DNA from: Malacoraja senta
Lineage: Eukaryota
Reading direction: 5' to 3'
DNA: 64,000 nt
Assembly: GCA_038087875.1 (NCBI GenBank)
Contig: CM075993.1
Span: forward strand, 9,302,001 to 9,366,000
Both the position numbers and the translations under genes were made by a program. Below are positions 37,901-49,792 of the stretch, piece by piece (the first letter of the stretch is position 1; each line of letters starts with the position of its first letter). The notes below the pieces were generated by a model. The model was not told where the DNA came from. It saw only the letters and a list, made by a program, of their open reading frames with translations, and did not search any database.

Positions 37901-39179
37901 GCCACATTGAAAAAACTTTGGGAGCTACCAATACATCCACAGTTCAGTTCAAAGATGAGGAGCTGTCTTCAAGCTGTCATCACTGTGTTGGAGAGGCAAT
38001 ATAGTAAATACTTTGAACTTGATGTTACTGAGAAACTGAAGGAGGAGACTGCATCAGCAAGATCACACAACATTGATGCGGAGGAGATAATGGGGATGTT
38101 TAGCTCATCGAAACAGAAATCTCCCAATGCCACCATGTGTTATTTGTCATGTAGGATGCGGGCCTGCAAGAATAGAACAGTCAATTACCTTGATAATCTC
38201 GAGGAGCATCGTAGGGAGGAGGTGCTCTGTAAGGCAATGAAATTGGGGAGAGTGCAGAGGAACAGACGGAAGAAAAAACAGAAGGAATTGAGAGCAGAAA
38301 TCATCAAGCGACAGAAAGGCAAGGAGCATGCTCGGGACACGAAAGAGAGGAAAAAAATAGAAAAAAAATTGAAAGAGACTGATTTAAACAGCATTCGCAG
38401 AGATTATCCAAATTTGGACTACTCCAAATGTGATGATCTACAGGACATACTTAATGGGAAAGTAGTGGGCAGAAAGGCATGTCATGTGTGGTTTGAAGAG
38501 CAAAAACCTGTAGTTTACAATGCCAAAATTGAAAAGTTGAGGAAAAACAAGGTGTACAGAGTTGCTTATTGGTTGCAATCTGACGAGTATGATGATGCTA
38601 CTGATTTTGATATGCCAATGTACCAGCTAGCAGCTGATCTTCTCCTTAAAGATTTGGTCTTTTGCTAGAAATTGTAAATTAATTACCTATCTGTTACGGA
38701 CTTACAGCATATAATACAATAATATTAAAGTTCTGATCTTGAGAATATCACATTTTTGAATTTTCAAAGCAGTCTGGGTGTTTATTACTATTTCCGTCAC
38801 ATCGGTCAATTTTGTAATTAGCTACAATTAAGTAACTAACTAATTATATGCTGCAATTTCAGGTCATCCAAGTAAGATTATTTTATATTTGTTTCAGAAT
38901 GCTTCAATCTATAATAACTGAAAATTTCATTCAGTTCTCTTAATTTTTAAGAAAGTTATGGGCTTTTGACTGTCCTCGATCACAGCTTTTGAGACAAGTC
39001 AATGGAAAGGCAATAGGGAACAAGATGCTAATTTCCGAGTATGAAAATGGCCATAACTTTTTTAATACTGAAGATATCAAAGTGAATTAGGTGTCAAATT
39101 AAACTTCTTGTAATGCTTTATCTGATGGGATAAATTACAGACTTGATTTTTAAAATCTCAAAATTTTGTAACATTGCTA
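34907..39179 (+). mobile_element. Autonomous hAT-superfamily DNA transposon with 7-bp TSD (hATw-like), 4273 bp, apparently intact
   Basis: Imperfect TIRs TAGGTATGTTACAAAA ... TTTTGTAACATTGCTA. Perfect TSD ATTAAAG at 34900-34906 and 39180-39186. One long transposase ORF. A 7-bp TSD is, as I recall, the hATw group property. Confidence 0.88.
35732..38668 (+). CDS. 978-aa DDE transposase (hAT/hATw-like) with N-terminal NLS-like PKKKCK, a coiled-coil-like region and a candidate C-terminal Spin/Ssty Tudor-like domain
   Basis: Uninterrupted ORF between the TIRs. Candidate catalytic residues are D429 (VGFDATT), D506 (TMSDRCA) and E784 (NIDAEEIMG), with C531xxH534 (LYCHLH) and RGNR near residue 605 where other hATs have RW. 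Confidence 0.85.
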   Translation: MSPKKKCKIVNPKAQAGIARVQLEEKFSVMPESKRDLKNGHILYLYTSFGKSLPETEKSLSSHFSLSDAEGYSFVTVKLKVKTLVNRTLLEFKKLTNPKELGVFMEICDETFKLPEGSQHISLDDIPLPGAQDPESLTSAESQVPIFQDTEDMGDDSHSLHPPLNLAMPTTPAASPDPMPSTSSVSKRCTREFLSLSPGKQKLTKRLKYMYESRAALSTKYHTKISELRARLKTPKRIVNQALKRKQNQIDLKDRKIQELKTKLRDNTSARVLANTKAEFLKLKKAHRQLLMFRGSTKRRKTVSIHQYRKVHENLKDREEDVRRLEFDNLVLKETIENLQAASIVKAKVGQKTYSSTIRMHVFDSIVNKTPTANIPILLSQFYKRSGLHLDYVPRRSAVEVMAQELGAIAELQTAEMLLATSGLTVGFDATTQEETHINSVHFTTTNNCLSAAVDELAGGTAEDYAQHICETIDNLCKTYIYFNEQTNFQDTRQKIIDNISNTMSDRCAANHAAIRIVSSEWGKYLNELYCHLHPLDSIATSVRSALKMQKQSGGQFLFGKDCLAVNAILQMSKLRYKNGKGDPKGFVAFLDDRNIPRGVLPRYRGNRLHILFHISGKLIEYYDDFVALLNSGTSCGGLKSAILHDFTQAEAKVELQILGLLGKYLTGPWMKRFYTSSQNQINHVDGIKVVKGVIAALKEATENPENIILAREDFFGEEVHLDATLKKLWELPIHPQFSSKMRSCLQAVITVLERQYSKYFELDVTEKLKEETASARSHNIDAEEIMGMFSSSKQKSPNATMCYLSCRMRACKNRTVNYLDNLEEHRREEVLCKAMKLGRVQRNRRKKKQKELRAEIIKRQKGKEHARDTKERKKIEKKLKETDLNSIRRDYPNLDYSKCDDLQDILNGKVVGRKACHVWFEEQKPVVYNAKIEKLRKNKVYRVAYWLQSDEYDDATDFDMPMYQLAADLLLKDLVFC

Positions 39180-39596
39180 ATTAAAGGCATCCTAAGAAGC
39201 AAGTTTATATATAAAATAAACGGCTTTCTTTTACCTGTCCCGTGCGTGAAATCCGTCCACGTTGTCGGCTTTAGAAGATGCTTTTTAATTTACTCCAGCA
39301 ATTAAATTATCCAGTGCAGTTTAAAATAAATTTAATAAAACCGATGTCAAAGCGATTTTTCTTCAGCGCCTAAACAGCCTGTTCAAAATCGATTTGAATA
39401 GGCTGGAGAAATACCGCATTTTAAACCCGCCCCCCCCTCTCAAAGGCGCCAAAGTCGTGCACACGGGCAGTGACAGAACTGCAGCGCCGCTGAAGGTAAG
39501 TTTTGTAACATACCTAGTATATGTGTGTGTCTTTATATTTTCGCCAAAATGCTATGTGGTAACGATCAATTTTTATATACTGACTCTCAAAAGGAG

Positions 39597-41945
39597 ATTA
39601 AAAAGGCAATGCTATAGTGGTCATGCGAGATTTCAATATGCAGGTAGACTGGGAAAATAAGGTTGGTACTGGACCTCAAGAAAGGGAAATTGTAGAGTGC
39701 CTCCGAGATGGATTCTTAGAGCAGTGTGTACTGGAGCCTACCAGGGAAAAGGCAATTCTGGATTTAGTGTTATGCAATGAACCTGATTTGATATGGAAAC
39801 TCAAGGTAAAGGAACCATTAGGAGATAGTGACCAGGATATGATAAGTTTTACTCTGCAATTTGAGAGGGAGAAGGTGAAATCAGATGTGTCGGTATTGCA
39901 GCTGAGCGAAGGAAACTACAGAGGCCGGGGGTGTCGGTGAAACAGGAATTTCTGGGAATAATTCGGAAGATGCAGGCTCTTTTCATTCCAAAGAGGAAGA
40001 GATTCTAGGGGGAGAAAGAGGCGACCGTGGCTGACAAGGGAAGTCAAGGACAATACAAAACTAAAAGAGAAGGCGAATAACATAGCAAAGATTAGTAGAA
40101 AGCCAGTGGATTGGGAAGCTTTTAAAGATCAACAGAAGGTAACTAAAAAGGCAATACGGGGAGAAAAGATGAAATGCGAAGGTAAGCTAGCCAATAATAT
40201 AAAAGAGGATAGCAAGAGTTTCTTCAGTTATATAAAGAGTAAGAAAGAGGCAAGAGTGGAAGTTGGACCGCTGGAGAATGCTACAGGAGAAGTGATAATG
40301 GGGAATAAAGAAATGGTAGAGGAGCTCAATAATTTTTTTACATCAGTCTTCACAGTGGAAGACACCAGCAACGTGTCTGAAATTCAAGAGAGTCAGGGGG
40401 GTGCAAGTTAGTGGAGTGGCTATAATAAGAGAGAAGGTACTTGGGAAGCTGGAAGGGCTGAAGATGGATAAGTCACTGGACCAGGGTTCTGAAAGTGGCT
40501 TTAGAGATTGTGGAGGCATTAAAAGTGATATTTCAAGAATCACTAGACAGGACTAGTGCCAGATGATTGGAAAATTGCCAATATTACCCCGCTGCACAAG
40601 AAGGGAACAAAGCAGAATAGTGGGAACTATAGGCTGTCTTCGGTGGTTGGTAAGATTTTGGAGTCCATTATTATAAAGGATGAGGTTACGGAGTATGGGG
40701 GCTCTTTCTGGTTGGCTGCCAGTGACTAGCGGAGTTCCACAGGGGTTGCTGCTGGGGCCATTATTCTTCACGCTATATATTCGTAATTTGGACGAGAGGA
40801 TTGAAGGCTTAGTGGCTAAGTTTGCGGATGATACAAAAATAGGTGGAAGCGCAGGTAGTGTAGAGAAAGCATGGACTCTGCAGATGGAATATAGTGTAGC
40901 AAAGTGTGGAGTCATGCATTTTAGTAGTAGGAATAAAGGCGTAGACTATTTTCTAAATGGGTAAAGAATCCAGAAATCGGAGGTGCAAAGGGACTTGGGA
41001 ATGCTGGTGCAGGATTGCCAAAAAGTTAATCTGCAAGTCGAATCGGAGGTAAAGAAACTCAATGCTAGCATTTATTTCAAGAGGGCTTGCATACAAAAAT
41101 AGGGATGTATTGCTGAGGCTCTATAAGGCGCAGGTAAGGCCACATTTGGAATATTGTGAGCAATTTTGGGTACCATATATGATGAAGGATGTGCTTGCTG
41201 GCTCTGGAGGGATCCCAGAGGAGGTTTACGAGAATGATCCCAGAAATGAGCGGGTTAACCTATGATGAACGTTTGTCGGCACTGAGCCTGTGCTTGCTGG
41301 AGTTTAGAAGAATGAGGGGGTACCTCATTGAAACATACAGAATAGTGAAATGCTTCGATAGAGTGGATGTGAAGAGGATGTTTCCACTTGAGGGAGAGTC
41401 TAGGATTAAAGGTCATAGAAGTCATACATTGACTTCTCCAATTTCCGGTAGCCCTTGCTATCTCCTCCCCTTCTCAGCTCCTTTTTTCTTCCCCCCCCCC
41501 CCCCCCTCCCCCAACCTGCATCAGTCTGAAGAAGGGTTTCGGCCCGAAACGTTGCCTATTTCCTTCGCTCTAGATGCTGCCGCACCCGCTGAGTTTCTCC
41601 AGCACTTTTGTCTACCTTCAATTGTCCAGCATCTGCAGTACTTTCTTGAACAACTAAAGATCATGGCCTCAGAATTAAAGGATGTTCTTTTAGGAAGGAG
41701 ATGAGGAGTAATCTTTAGTCAGAGGGTGGTGAATCTGTGGATTCTTTGCCACAGATGGCTGTGGAGGCCAAGTCAGTGGATACTTTTAAGGGTGAGATAG
41801 ATTCTTGATTATTACAGGTGTCAGAGGTTATGGTGAGAAGACAGGAGAATTGGGTTAGGAGGGAGAGATAGATTAGCCATGATTGAATGGCAGAGTAGAC
41901 TTGATGTGCAGAATGGCCTAATTCTACAATCACATGACCTTATGA
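39597..41945 (+). mobile_element. Degenerate CR1-clade LINE (endonuclease to 3' end, internal deletions, pLTR insertion ~41425-41650)
   Basis: DFN..VDW, ILDLVLCNE, SGVPQG.LLGP, KFADDTK and RPHLEYC.QFW motifs in frameshifted ORFs. Confidence 0.88.
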
Positions 41946-44900
41946 AAAAGAATAGGTGATTTTTCAGGTCAAAACCCTTCTTCAGATTGATAAATTAATC
42001 ATAGCATTATCAGCCACCTTAGAACACACAGAATGGAGTAGAAACAAGTCAACATTGATTCAGATACACTACCTACTAGGTTACACAATGCCATAACAAT
42101 GACCTAGACAGCAGCAGTTAAAAGACATGAAAAGTTTGTGCCCATATAATTTCAATGGCATTAATAATCGTTTTCTGTAACAACATAATTTTATGTCTGG
42201 TGCGTTATATGCACAAGGCATCAGGTCACAAGAAGTTGGAATAGACATGCTACTCTACATTACAGCATAGCATCAATACAGTAACAAGACTAGTACAACA
42301 TTTAAAAAGGAATACGGTGTTATATGTCCTTTTTTTCCTGGCTTCAGTGCAAGAAATTGGATCAAATTACTGTTTCAACAAATCTGGTGCAGTTTGTGAA
42401 AATCACTGTAATGACAACAAAAATACGGAATAATAGCAGGAATTCCAGGACCTGTTATCCAGTACGTGTTCCTTCAGGCTTATGACAGTCCATAAAAATA
42501 TACCAGTACAACTTAAAATGAAAAGTATAATTTACAAATAAGTTTTCCCAGACAACTAATAACAATATCAAATAACAAGGGATATTAGGGCAGGTACATG
42601 GATAGGAAAGGGATATGGGTCAATCACGGGCAAATGGGGACTAGCATAGATAGACATCTTGGTCGGCATGGACAAATTGGACCAATGAGCCTGATTCCAT
42701 GCAATATGTCTCTGTATCCTTCATTACAATTGGCAGTTCCCACATAATTAAAAGGTGCAAGTGACTTTCGTGTAACGGCTATTTGGGTAATATAAAATTC
42801 ACCTTCATGAATTTATATGAAAAGTAACAAACGAAACAATTTTCTTTCAACTTGCACTTCTTGACAGAGGTGCAGATGACATGTCTTTAAGTTTGAGAAA
42901 ATTGTAAAACTGAGCTTTTTCGAAGAATGTAGCACCATCCCCTACCAAACAAGGGTGGTGCCTGTACTCTTGTTTCACTTTGATCACTACCAGAAAATTA
43001 TCAATTTATAAACTCACATATATTAATACAAATTGGGAAAGATGTGAACTGAAAATGAGTACACTGTTTCCAAAACACTTAAATGTTTAAATGAGGGGCA
43101 CTAATTAATTCTTCACCAATGCGTGCATCCCTCAGATCTTCTGATATATGCTTCCCAATGTGAAAAATGAGATTCTGGATTTGAGAATGAAGCTCTTCAC
43201 AACCAAGTTTTAAAACAACAGCAGGGGCACCATCTACTCTCCCGACATTTCTAAAAAGTATTTTTTAACTTCTTGTTGATGAGGAGTGGAAGCAAGACTG
43301 AACCGAATAGGTTGATGTGGAATGGAGTCAAGTCAACTCACATTAAGGTTTTGAACATAAAAGGGAGAGTCACAGTTGGATCTACTGTCCCCATGTCCTG
43401 ATGAGTTCAATCAGTTCTTGGCTCCCAATGGGTTGGGGCCGTGGATGTCCTTTATAGCACTTAAGACCCGTGCATGTCCTGGTGATCAGTGAGCTTCCTG
43501 TGCTCTCTCCATTCACTGTCAGTTCTTTGGGTCGTGTGTTTTCTGCTTGACCTCTGTCTGCTAGTGCATGTAGAGCCATTTATTTCCACTAGTAGAGCTG
43601 GTAGAGCCGTCTCAAAGCACTAGAGACTCGGATTCGATCCTGACCTCGGTTGCTATGGAGTTTGCATGTTTTCCCTGTGACCACGTGGGTTTCCTCCGGG
43701 TGCTCAGATTTCCTACCACATACCAAGAACCCGGGGGTTTGTAGGTTAATTGGCCCTCTGTAAATTCTCTGTAATGTGTAGGTAGTAGATGCAAAAGTGG
43801 GATAACATAGAACAAGTGTGAACAGGGGATCAATGATCACTGTGGAATTGCTGAGCCGAACAACCTGTTTCCAGGATGTATTTCCAAACTAAAACATTCA
43901 TTTCTGGTCATTTTAATCTTGGAAGAGAAACCAAGAGTCTCTTAATAGGTTTCAATTATGGTGGACTGGCAAACTGATATCATGAAGCTTCACAGAGTCT
44001 GGAATCAATGTTGAGGATTCTCAGAGCTATCCTTCCTGCCTGTAGATAGACACAAAAAGCAGGAGTAACTCAGTGGGACAGGCAGCATCTCTGGAGAGAA
44101 GGAATGGATGATGTTTTGGGTCGAGACCCTTCTTCAGACCGGTTCCTGCCTGTATATTACTATGCCACCATTCTCGAGTGGGAGTCTAGCCAGTGGGACA
44201 GAATGGGAAAGTATCTAAAAGTATTTGGTACTTTGGAAAATTCCTGAAGAAGAGGTGGTAAGATATGGGTAACAACTCAAGTTGAATTCCTTGTGCTTGC
44301 TTAGACTTGGTCATAGAATGCCCTCTCTTAAATCACAAAAGCAGAACTACGAAATCCCAGTTGGGTGTTTTAATCAATGGCAGGCATGCTTTGGACCAGT
44401 ATTGCATGAGGAAATACTCGTCAAATTTTAAGTGGCACCATTCAATCAGGAAAACCATGCAATCATATTATACTCCAGGTATCATCAATTTTCAACCATC
44501 CAGCATCAAAAAAGACAAAACTAGGTGACAGAATTTGTAGGCCTAATTTTCTAATAGGTAGGCCAGGAAGTTGGAAAGGGCAATTTCTGAATGGGCATAG
44601 GTAGAAAATATTCTCCTAAAATTTTGAAAGGTCCTATAATTTATTCTGTATTTCTATTTACTTATAATAGCATCTATGCAGTGACAAACCCTTCATTGTC
44701 ATATTTGTTGTCTAAAAGCACAAAAATGTTAAATGAATGCTAATGACCTGAAAAGGGGTGGCAAAGAATAATAGCGAGAATACAAGTGCTCCAGATATTA
44801 TGGAATGATTCTGATGGCAAAATATGTACATGTAAAGTTAAATTTCTGCCAGTAGTTCACCACTTTTCCACAGAATATATAATTGCAGCCAAGGTCATGA

Positions 44901-46529
44901 ACACAGAATCAGTGAATTTCAACTTCCTAAGAACTTTTTGGGTTGCAAGAAAATAATTTATTTGTTGTTGAATAAACTGAATTTGTTTTAAGAGATTAGA
45001 AAGCCAAATAACCATTGGATCCAAAAAAAATCTTTGGGTGATGCCCAATTCTTTGAATCTAATCCCACAGAATTTTTTTTTTTTTTAAGTTAAAAATCGT
45101 AGTTTCTAATATGACTAATATCACAAGATTACTTGCTGTAAAATTTTGCAATATTGTAAATTTGCGCTATTTTACTTTCTTGCTAGCTGTCTGTTAAAAT
45201 TCTTCAATCTGATTGGTCATTTTAACAAAATTCTCTGCTGTCATTGTTCGGGATATTGCAAAATCCCCTGCAGAAGATTCCTCAAATGCACCTGGAAAGG
45301 GAGGGATAACGTCAAGACAAGTTTTGTGGCATTCTTTTTGGAACATCAACAGTAATTGTCTTACGCTATCTACAGGTGTCATCCTTTTGTCACTGGCCAG
45401 AAACGTTATGTCATAATTCCAATCTGGAAACATTGTTGGAGGAACTCAGCAGATCAGGCAGCATCCTTGGAGGACATGGATAAGTGACGTTTAGGGTTGG
45501 GACCAAACCGAGACTAGGGTTATTCAGGGACGTTGCCTACCCCCTCCCCCCCCCCCCATATCATTTTGTGTCTTTCCTTCCAAAGCCAACAGCTGTACAC
45601 AAGGTACACAAAAATGCTGGAGAAACTCAGCGGGTACAGCAGCATCTATGGAGCAACGTTTCGGGCCGAAACCCTTAAAGCTGTAAAGGAAAACTACATT
45701 GTTTCAAACTAGAACAGTCACAAGATTGCTATATATGTTGCAGCCAGAGACAAACCGTGAATGCACGTTTTGAATTTGCACTTTAAGAGTAAATTTAATG
45801 TTGTATTTTCCAATCCTTACTAAAGTAGACAGAGGCAATTGAAACAAAAATGTAAAAAAATAGATATATGGATGCACTGTTCACATTATTACCCGTATGG
45901 TTGCCAAACAGCTGTGCAAACTTCTTACAAATAAATCTCAGGGGTTGTAAAGTTATAGCAAAGACCCTTGAGGAACTATGGGAGGGAACTGCAGAAAGTC
46001 TAGCAAAAAATCTTCTAAGAATCACTGAATACTGGAAAGGTTCCTGAAGACAAGTGGAAAGCAATGTTTTATGACTGTTGGCAATCAATGTGCCTCCTGG
46101 GATAAATATAGTTCTATCGTATCGTACAGTATATCACTCTCCTATAAAAAGGTGAAAATTTTGGCCCAAGAAATTACATGCTGATGAGCTTAATGAATAA
46201 TGTTGGTAAAGTTCCAGGAATCTTAAGCAATGATGATCATAGAACATATGGGTAGAAATTAAATCATAATTGAGAGCCAATATGGTTAATAACAAAAAAA
46301 TCTAGGTTGTCTGGCTGACAATAATTAGAAACCATTGCAATCATACTTGCTTGGTAAGTAGAATGTTATTAAAATGTCAAACTGAGCCTGAATAGCAAGA
46401 TAATGCAGCCATCTGACATATTTTTGTTATGCTTGCATTTGAATTCGGTGTAAAGTTCTGGTCCCCATAACACAACATAGATTTTGCAGCCAATACGAGA
46501 CAATAGGCAGCAACCAAAATGAGAGGGAT

Positions 46530-49500
46530 CAGGGCTCGAAATTAGCGGTTGCCCGGTTGCCTATGGCAACCTACAGTCCCGCCGGGCAACCTAAAAGCCA
46601 TGCTATTTTGCCTGGCTTGGCAAGCACCCGTGATACCTATCGTTTAATTCTGAGGGGGCCCCCTCTCTATCTCTCTCTCTCTCTCTCTCTGTCACGCTCC
46701 GTCTCCACCCGCCATCCTTATCCGGGTTCCGGCTCTCAGCTCGCTCCTCATCCGCCGGCAGGACCGGCCGCCTTATAAATGCGCACAACCACGGCCAGCA
46801 CCAAAGATCCTATAACGAGCCAAGCTATAGGATCTTTGACCAGCACATCATTGGCCGTGGTTGTGCTCATGTGCAGAACTGCACATGCGCACTACCACGG
46901 CAACTGGTCGGCGTCGGCCACTTTCTCCCTCCCTTTGCATTGTGGAGACCTGGCCACCATTGCTGACCGGTCGCCGCCTCACCGCGACCGCTGAAAACCA
47001 ACGCAGAATCACTCCCTGGAGCTGGAGTAACTCCCTGGAGTAACTCTTGCTTCTTGGCTTCCTGGTCCTCCAAAAATATTCAAATTTCATTGTCCTATCT
47101 GGGAAAAAAAGAGCTACCTTAAATTTAGTTGTGTCTGGTTGGGTACCTATGGTAGGGTGAAGATGCTTTAATTGTGCGGGGAAGAAATTGGGTGATGTTT
47201 CAGGTAGAGACCCTTCTTTAGATTTCCTCTGGTTTTAGTGTTTCTAGTTTAATTTAAAGATACAGCATGGAAACAGGTCCTTCGGCCCACCGAGTCCATG
47301 CCGACCACCGATCACCTGTACACTCGTTCTATCCCACACATTAGCGACGTAAGTCAAGAGTGTTTCATTCTCTCACGTCCCAGTTAGAACAATGAAATCC
47401 TTACTTGCAGCAGCACAACAATGTTATAAATGAGAAAACAAAACAGTGTATATTTATATATATATATATGAATATATAACTATACACACACACAATATCC
47501 CTCCTACGATTAATAAAGTTCTATCGTATAGTATCAGTGTGTAGGAAGGAACTGCAGATGCTGGTTTAAACTGAAGATAGACAAAAAAGCTGGAGTAACT
47601 CAACAGGTCAGACAGAATCTCTGGACAAAAGAAAAATATTACATTTTAGGTTGGGTTGGAAAAAGGTTCCTGCACACTGGAATGTGGAAGGAAACAAGAG
47701 CACCCGGAGAAAACCCATGCGATCAAAGGGGAAAGGAGCAAACTCCCTAGACAGCACCCATTTTTAGGATCAATTCCGGGTATCTGGCAATTTTAGGCAA
47801 CAACTTTATGGCCAATGTACTGCCCCATAGTCTTGAACTGAATTAAAACATACAGCAGCTGTAAAGGGGGACATAGCGTCACTTAGAGAATTAAGACTGA
47901 AAATGGATAGTTTCTTTTCTTTTAGTAACCAAAGTTATCAACGTATAATTTTTGTGTGTGTTGGAAAATAAAAAATAGTGGCACAGCTGGTGGACTTGCT
48001 GCCTCACACGCCAGAGATCGGTGTTCGATCCTGTCCTCGGGCACTGTCTGTGTTGAATTTGCACATTCTCCCTGCAAGCATGTGGGTTTCCTCCCACATC
48101 CCAAAGACCCATTGGCTTTGTAGGTTAACTTGTCTCTGTAAAGTTGCCCCTAATGTGTAGGGAGTGGGTGAGGAAAGTTGGATAGCAGAACGTGTGAATG
48201 GGTGGACAAAAATGCTGGAGAAACTCAGCAGGTGAGACAGCATCTATGGAGCGAAGGAAATAGGCGACGTTTTGGGTCGAGACCCTTCTTCAAACTGATG
48301 TGAGGGTGCAGGGGGGGGGGCGGCGGGAAGAAGAAAGGAAGAGGCAGAGACAGTGGGCTGAAGGAGAGCTGGGAAGCGGAAGAGAAAGCAGGGATTACCT
48401 GAAATTGGAGGTCAATGTTCATACCGCTCGGGTGTAATCTGCCCAAGCGAAATGTGAGGTGCTGCTCCTCCAATTTACAGTGGGCCTCACTCTGGCCATG
48501 GTGGAGTGGAGCCCAGGACATAAAGGTCGGTTTCGGAATGGGAGGGGGAGTTGAAATGCTGAGCCACTGGGGAAGCTGACACCTAGAGGTTGGAGGAGGT
48601 GCAGGTGAACCTCTGCCGCACCTGGAAAGACTGCTTGGTTCCTTGAATGGAGTCAAAGGGGGAGGTAAAGTGACAAGTGTAGCATCCTGCAGTTGCAAGG
48701 GAAAGTGCCAGGAGAGGGGGTGATTTGGGTGGGAAGGGACAAATTGACCAGGGAGTTACGGAGGGAGCGGTATCTGCGGAAAGCCGACAGGGGAGAAGAT
48801 GGGAAGATGTGGCCAGTGGTGGGTCCAGTTGGTAGACAAAGCTGGAGAAAATCAGCGGGTGACGCAGCATCTATGGAGCGAAGGAATAGGCGACGCTTCG
48901 GGTGGAGAACCTTCTTCAGACTGTCGGGGGGGGGGGGGCGGGAAAAATAAAGGAAGAGGCGGAAACAGTAGGCTGTGGGAGAGCTGGGAATGGGAGGGAA
49001 GGAGGGAGAAAGCAAGAACTACCTGAAATTGGAGAAGCCAATGTTCATACCGCTGGGGTGTAAACTATCGAAGCAAATATGAGGTGCTTTTCCTCTAATT
49101 TGTGGTGGGCCTCTGGCCATCAAGGAGGCCCAGGACAGAAAGGTCGGATTCGGAATGGGAGGGGGAGTTGAAGTGCTGAGCCACCGGGAGATCAGGTTAG
49201 TTATTGCGAACTGAGTGGAGGTGTTGTGCGAAGTGATCGCCAAGCCTGCGCTTGGTCTCACCGAGGTTGATCATATGCTGAATAATGCAACCAGATTTTT
49301 GTTTGGAAGTGGAAAGAGAATAGTAGAAATTGCATTAATTGCAACATGTAAAAAGAGATGAGATACTGTATTGTAATTTTGCTGCATGTCATTGTGGTAT
49401 ATATCATGTTTTGATTGGTGAATATGTTTAGTTTGTGACTTTATTTGAAGCAGAAACAATATGTGAATGCTTCATTGACCATAATTCCAACTGGTAACTA

Positions 49501-49633
49501 TGCACTTTGTCCGAGCACATTATCGCACGGGTCATGCAAGCCTTCTTAAATGACCACCTAAACTGTAATTTGGCAACCTAAAAAGCTGCCGAGGTTGCCC
49601 GACTAGCAACAAAAAAGTTAAGTGAGAGCCCTG
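46530..49633. mobile_element. Non-autonomous hAT5-like element (5-bp TSD), copy 2
   Basis: Same termini as copy 1; TSD GGGAT on both sides. Confidence 0.8.
48195..49270 (-). mobile_element. Penelope-like 3' ends/pLTR tandem fragments
   Basis: FQVRQRFTCTSSNL and KLEEQHL.FRLG.LHPSGMNID fragments, each associated with the recurring pLTR/hammerhead repeat. Confidence 0.75.
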
Positions 49634-49792
49634 GGGATGAAGAAAATGGAATATTGATTACCCAAATTTGATATTCTCACTTCAAAACAGACATTGCAGC
49701 CTGTATGAATCACAAATGGACTTCATATCAACCTGTATCATTCAATCATCCATCCATTCAATCATCCATCCATCAATCCAATCATCCATCCA

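Larger units (their letters stand above)
32560..39516 (-). mobile_element. Non-autonomous (~1.03 kb net) member of the same hATw-like family, reverse orientation, interrupted by an L2 LINE and by the autonomous element
   Basis: Ends are TAGCAATGTTACAA at 32560 and TTTTGTAACATACCTA at 39516. The 7-bp TSD is degenerate (GCATACG / GTATATG). Segments 32560-32740, 34384-34906 and 39187-39516 join into the reverse complement of the 15107-16145 element. Confidence 0.85.

Noticed and set aside
35732..38668. Host gene or domesticated-gene interpretation of the 978-aa ORF
   Set aside because: It is bounded by TIRs and a perfect TSD, nested in another TE and accompanied by deletion derivatives, all of which indicate a mobile element.
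43217..43232. Possible CTCF motif acagcaggggcacc
   Set aside because: One G short of the core spacing; weak match.
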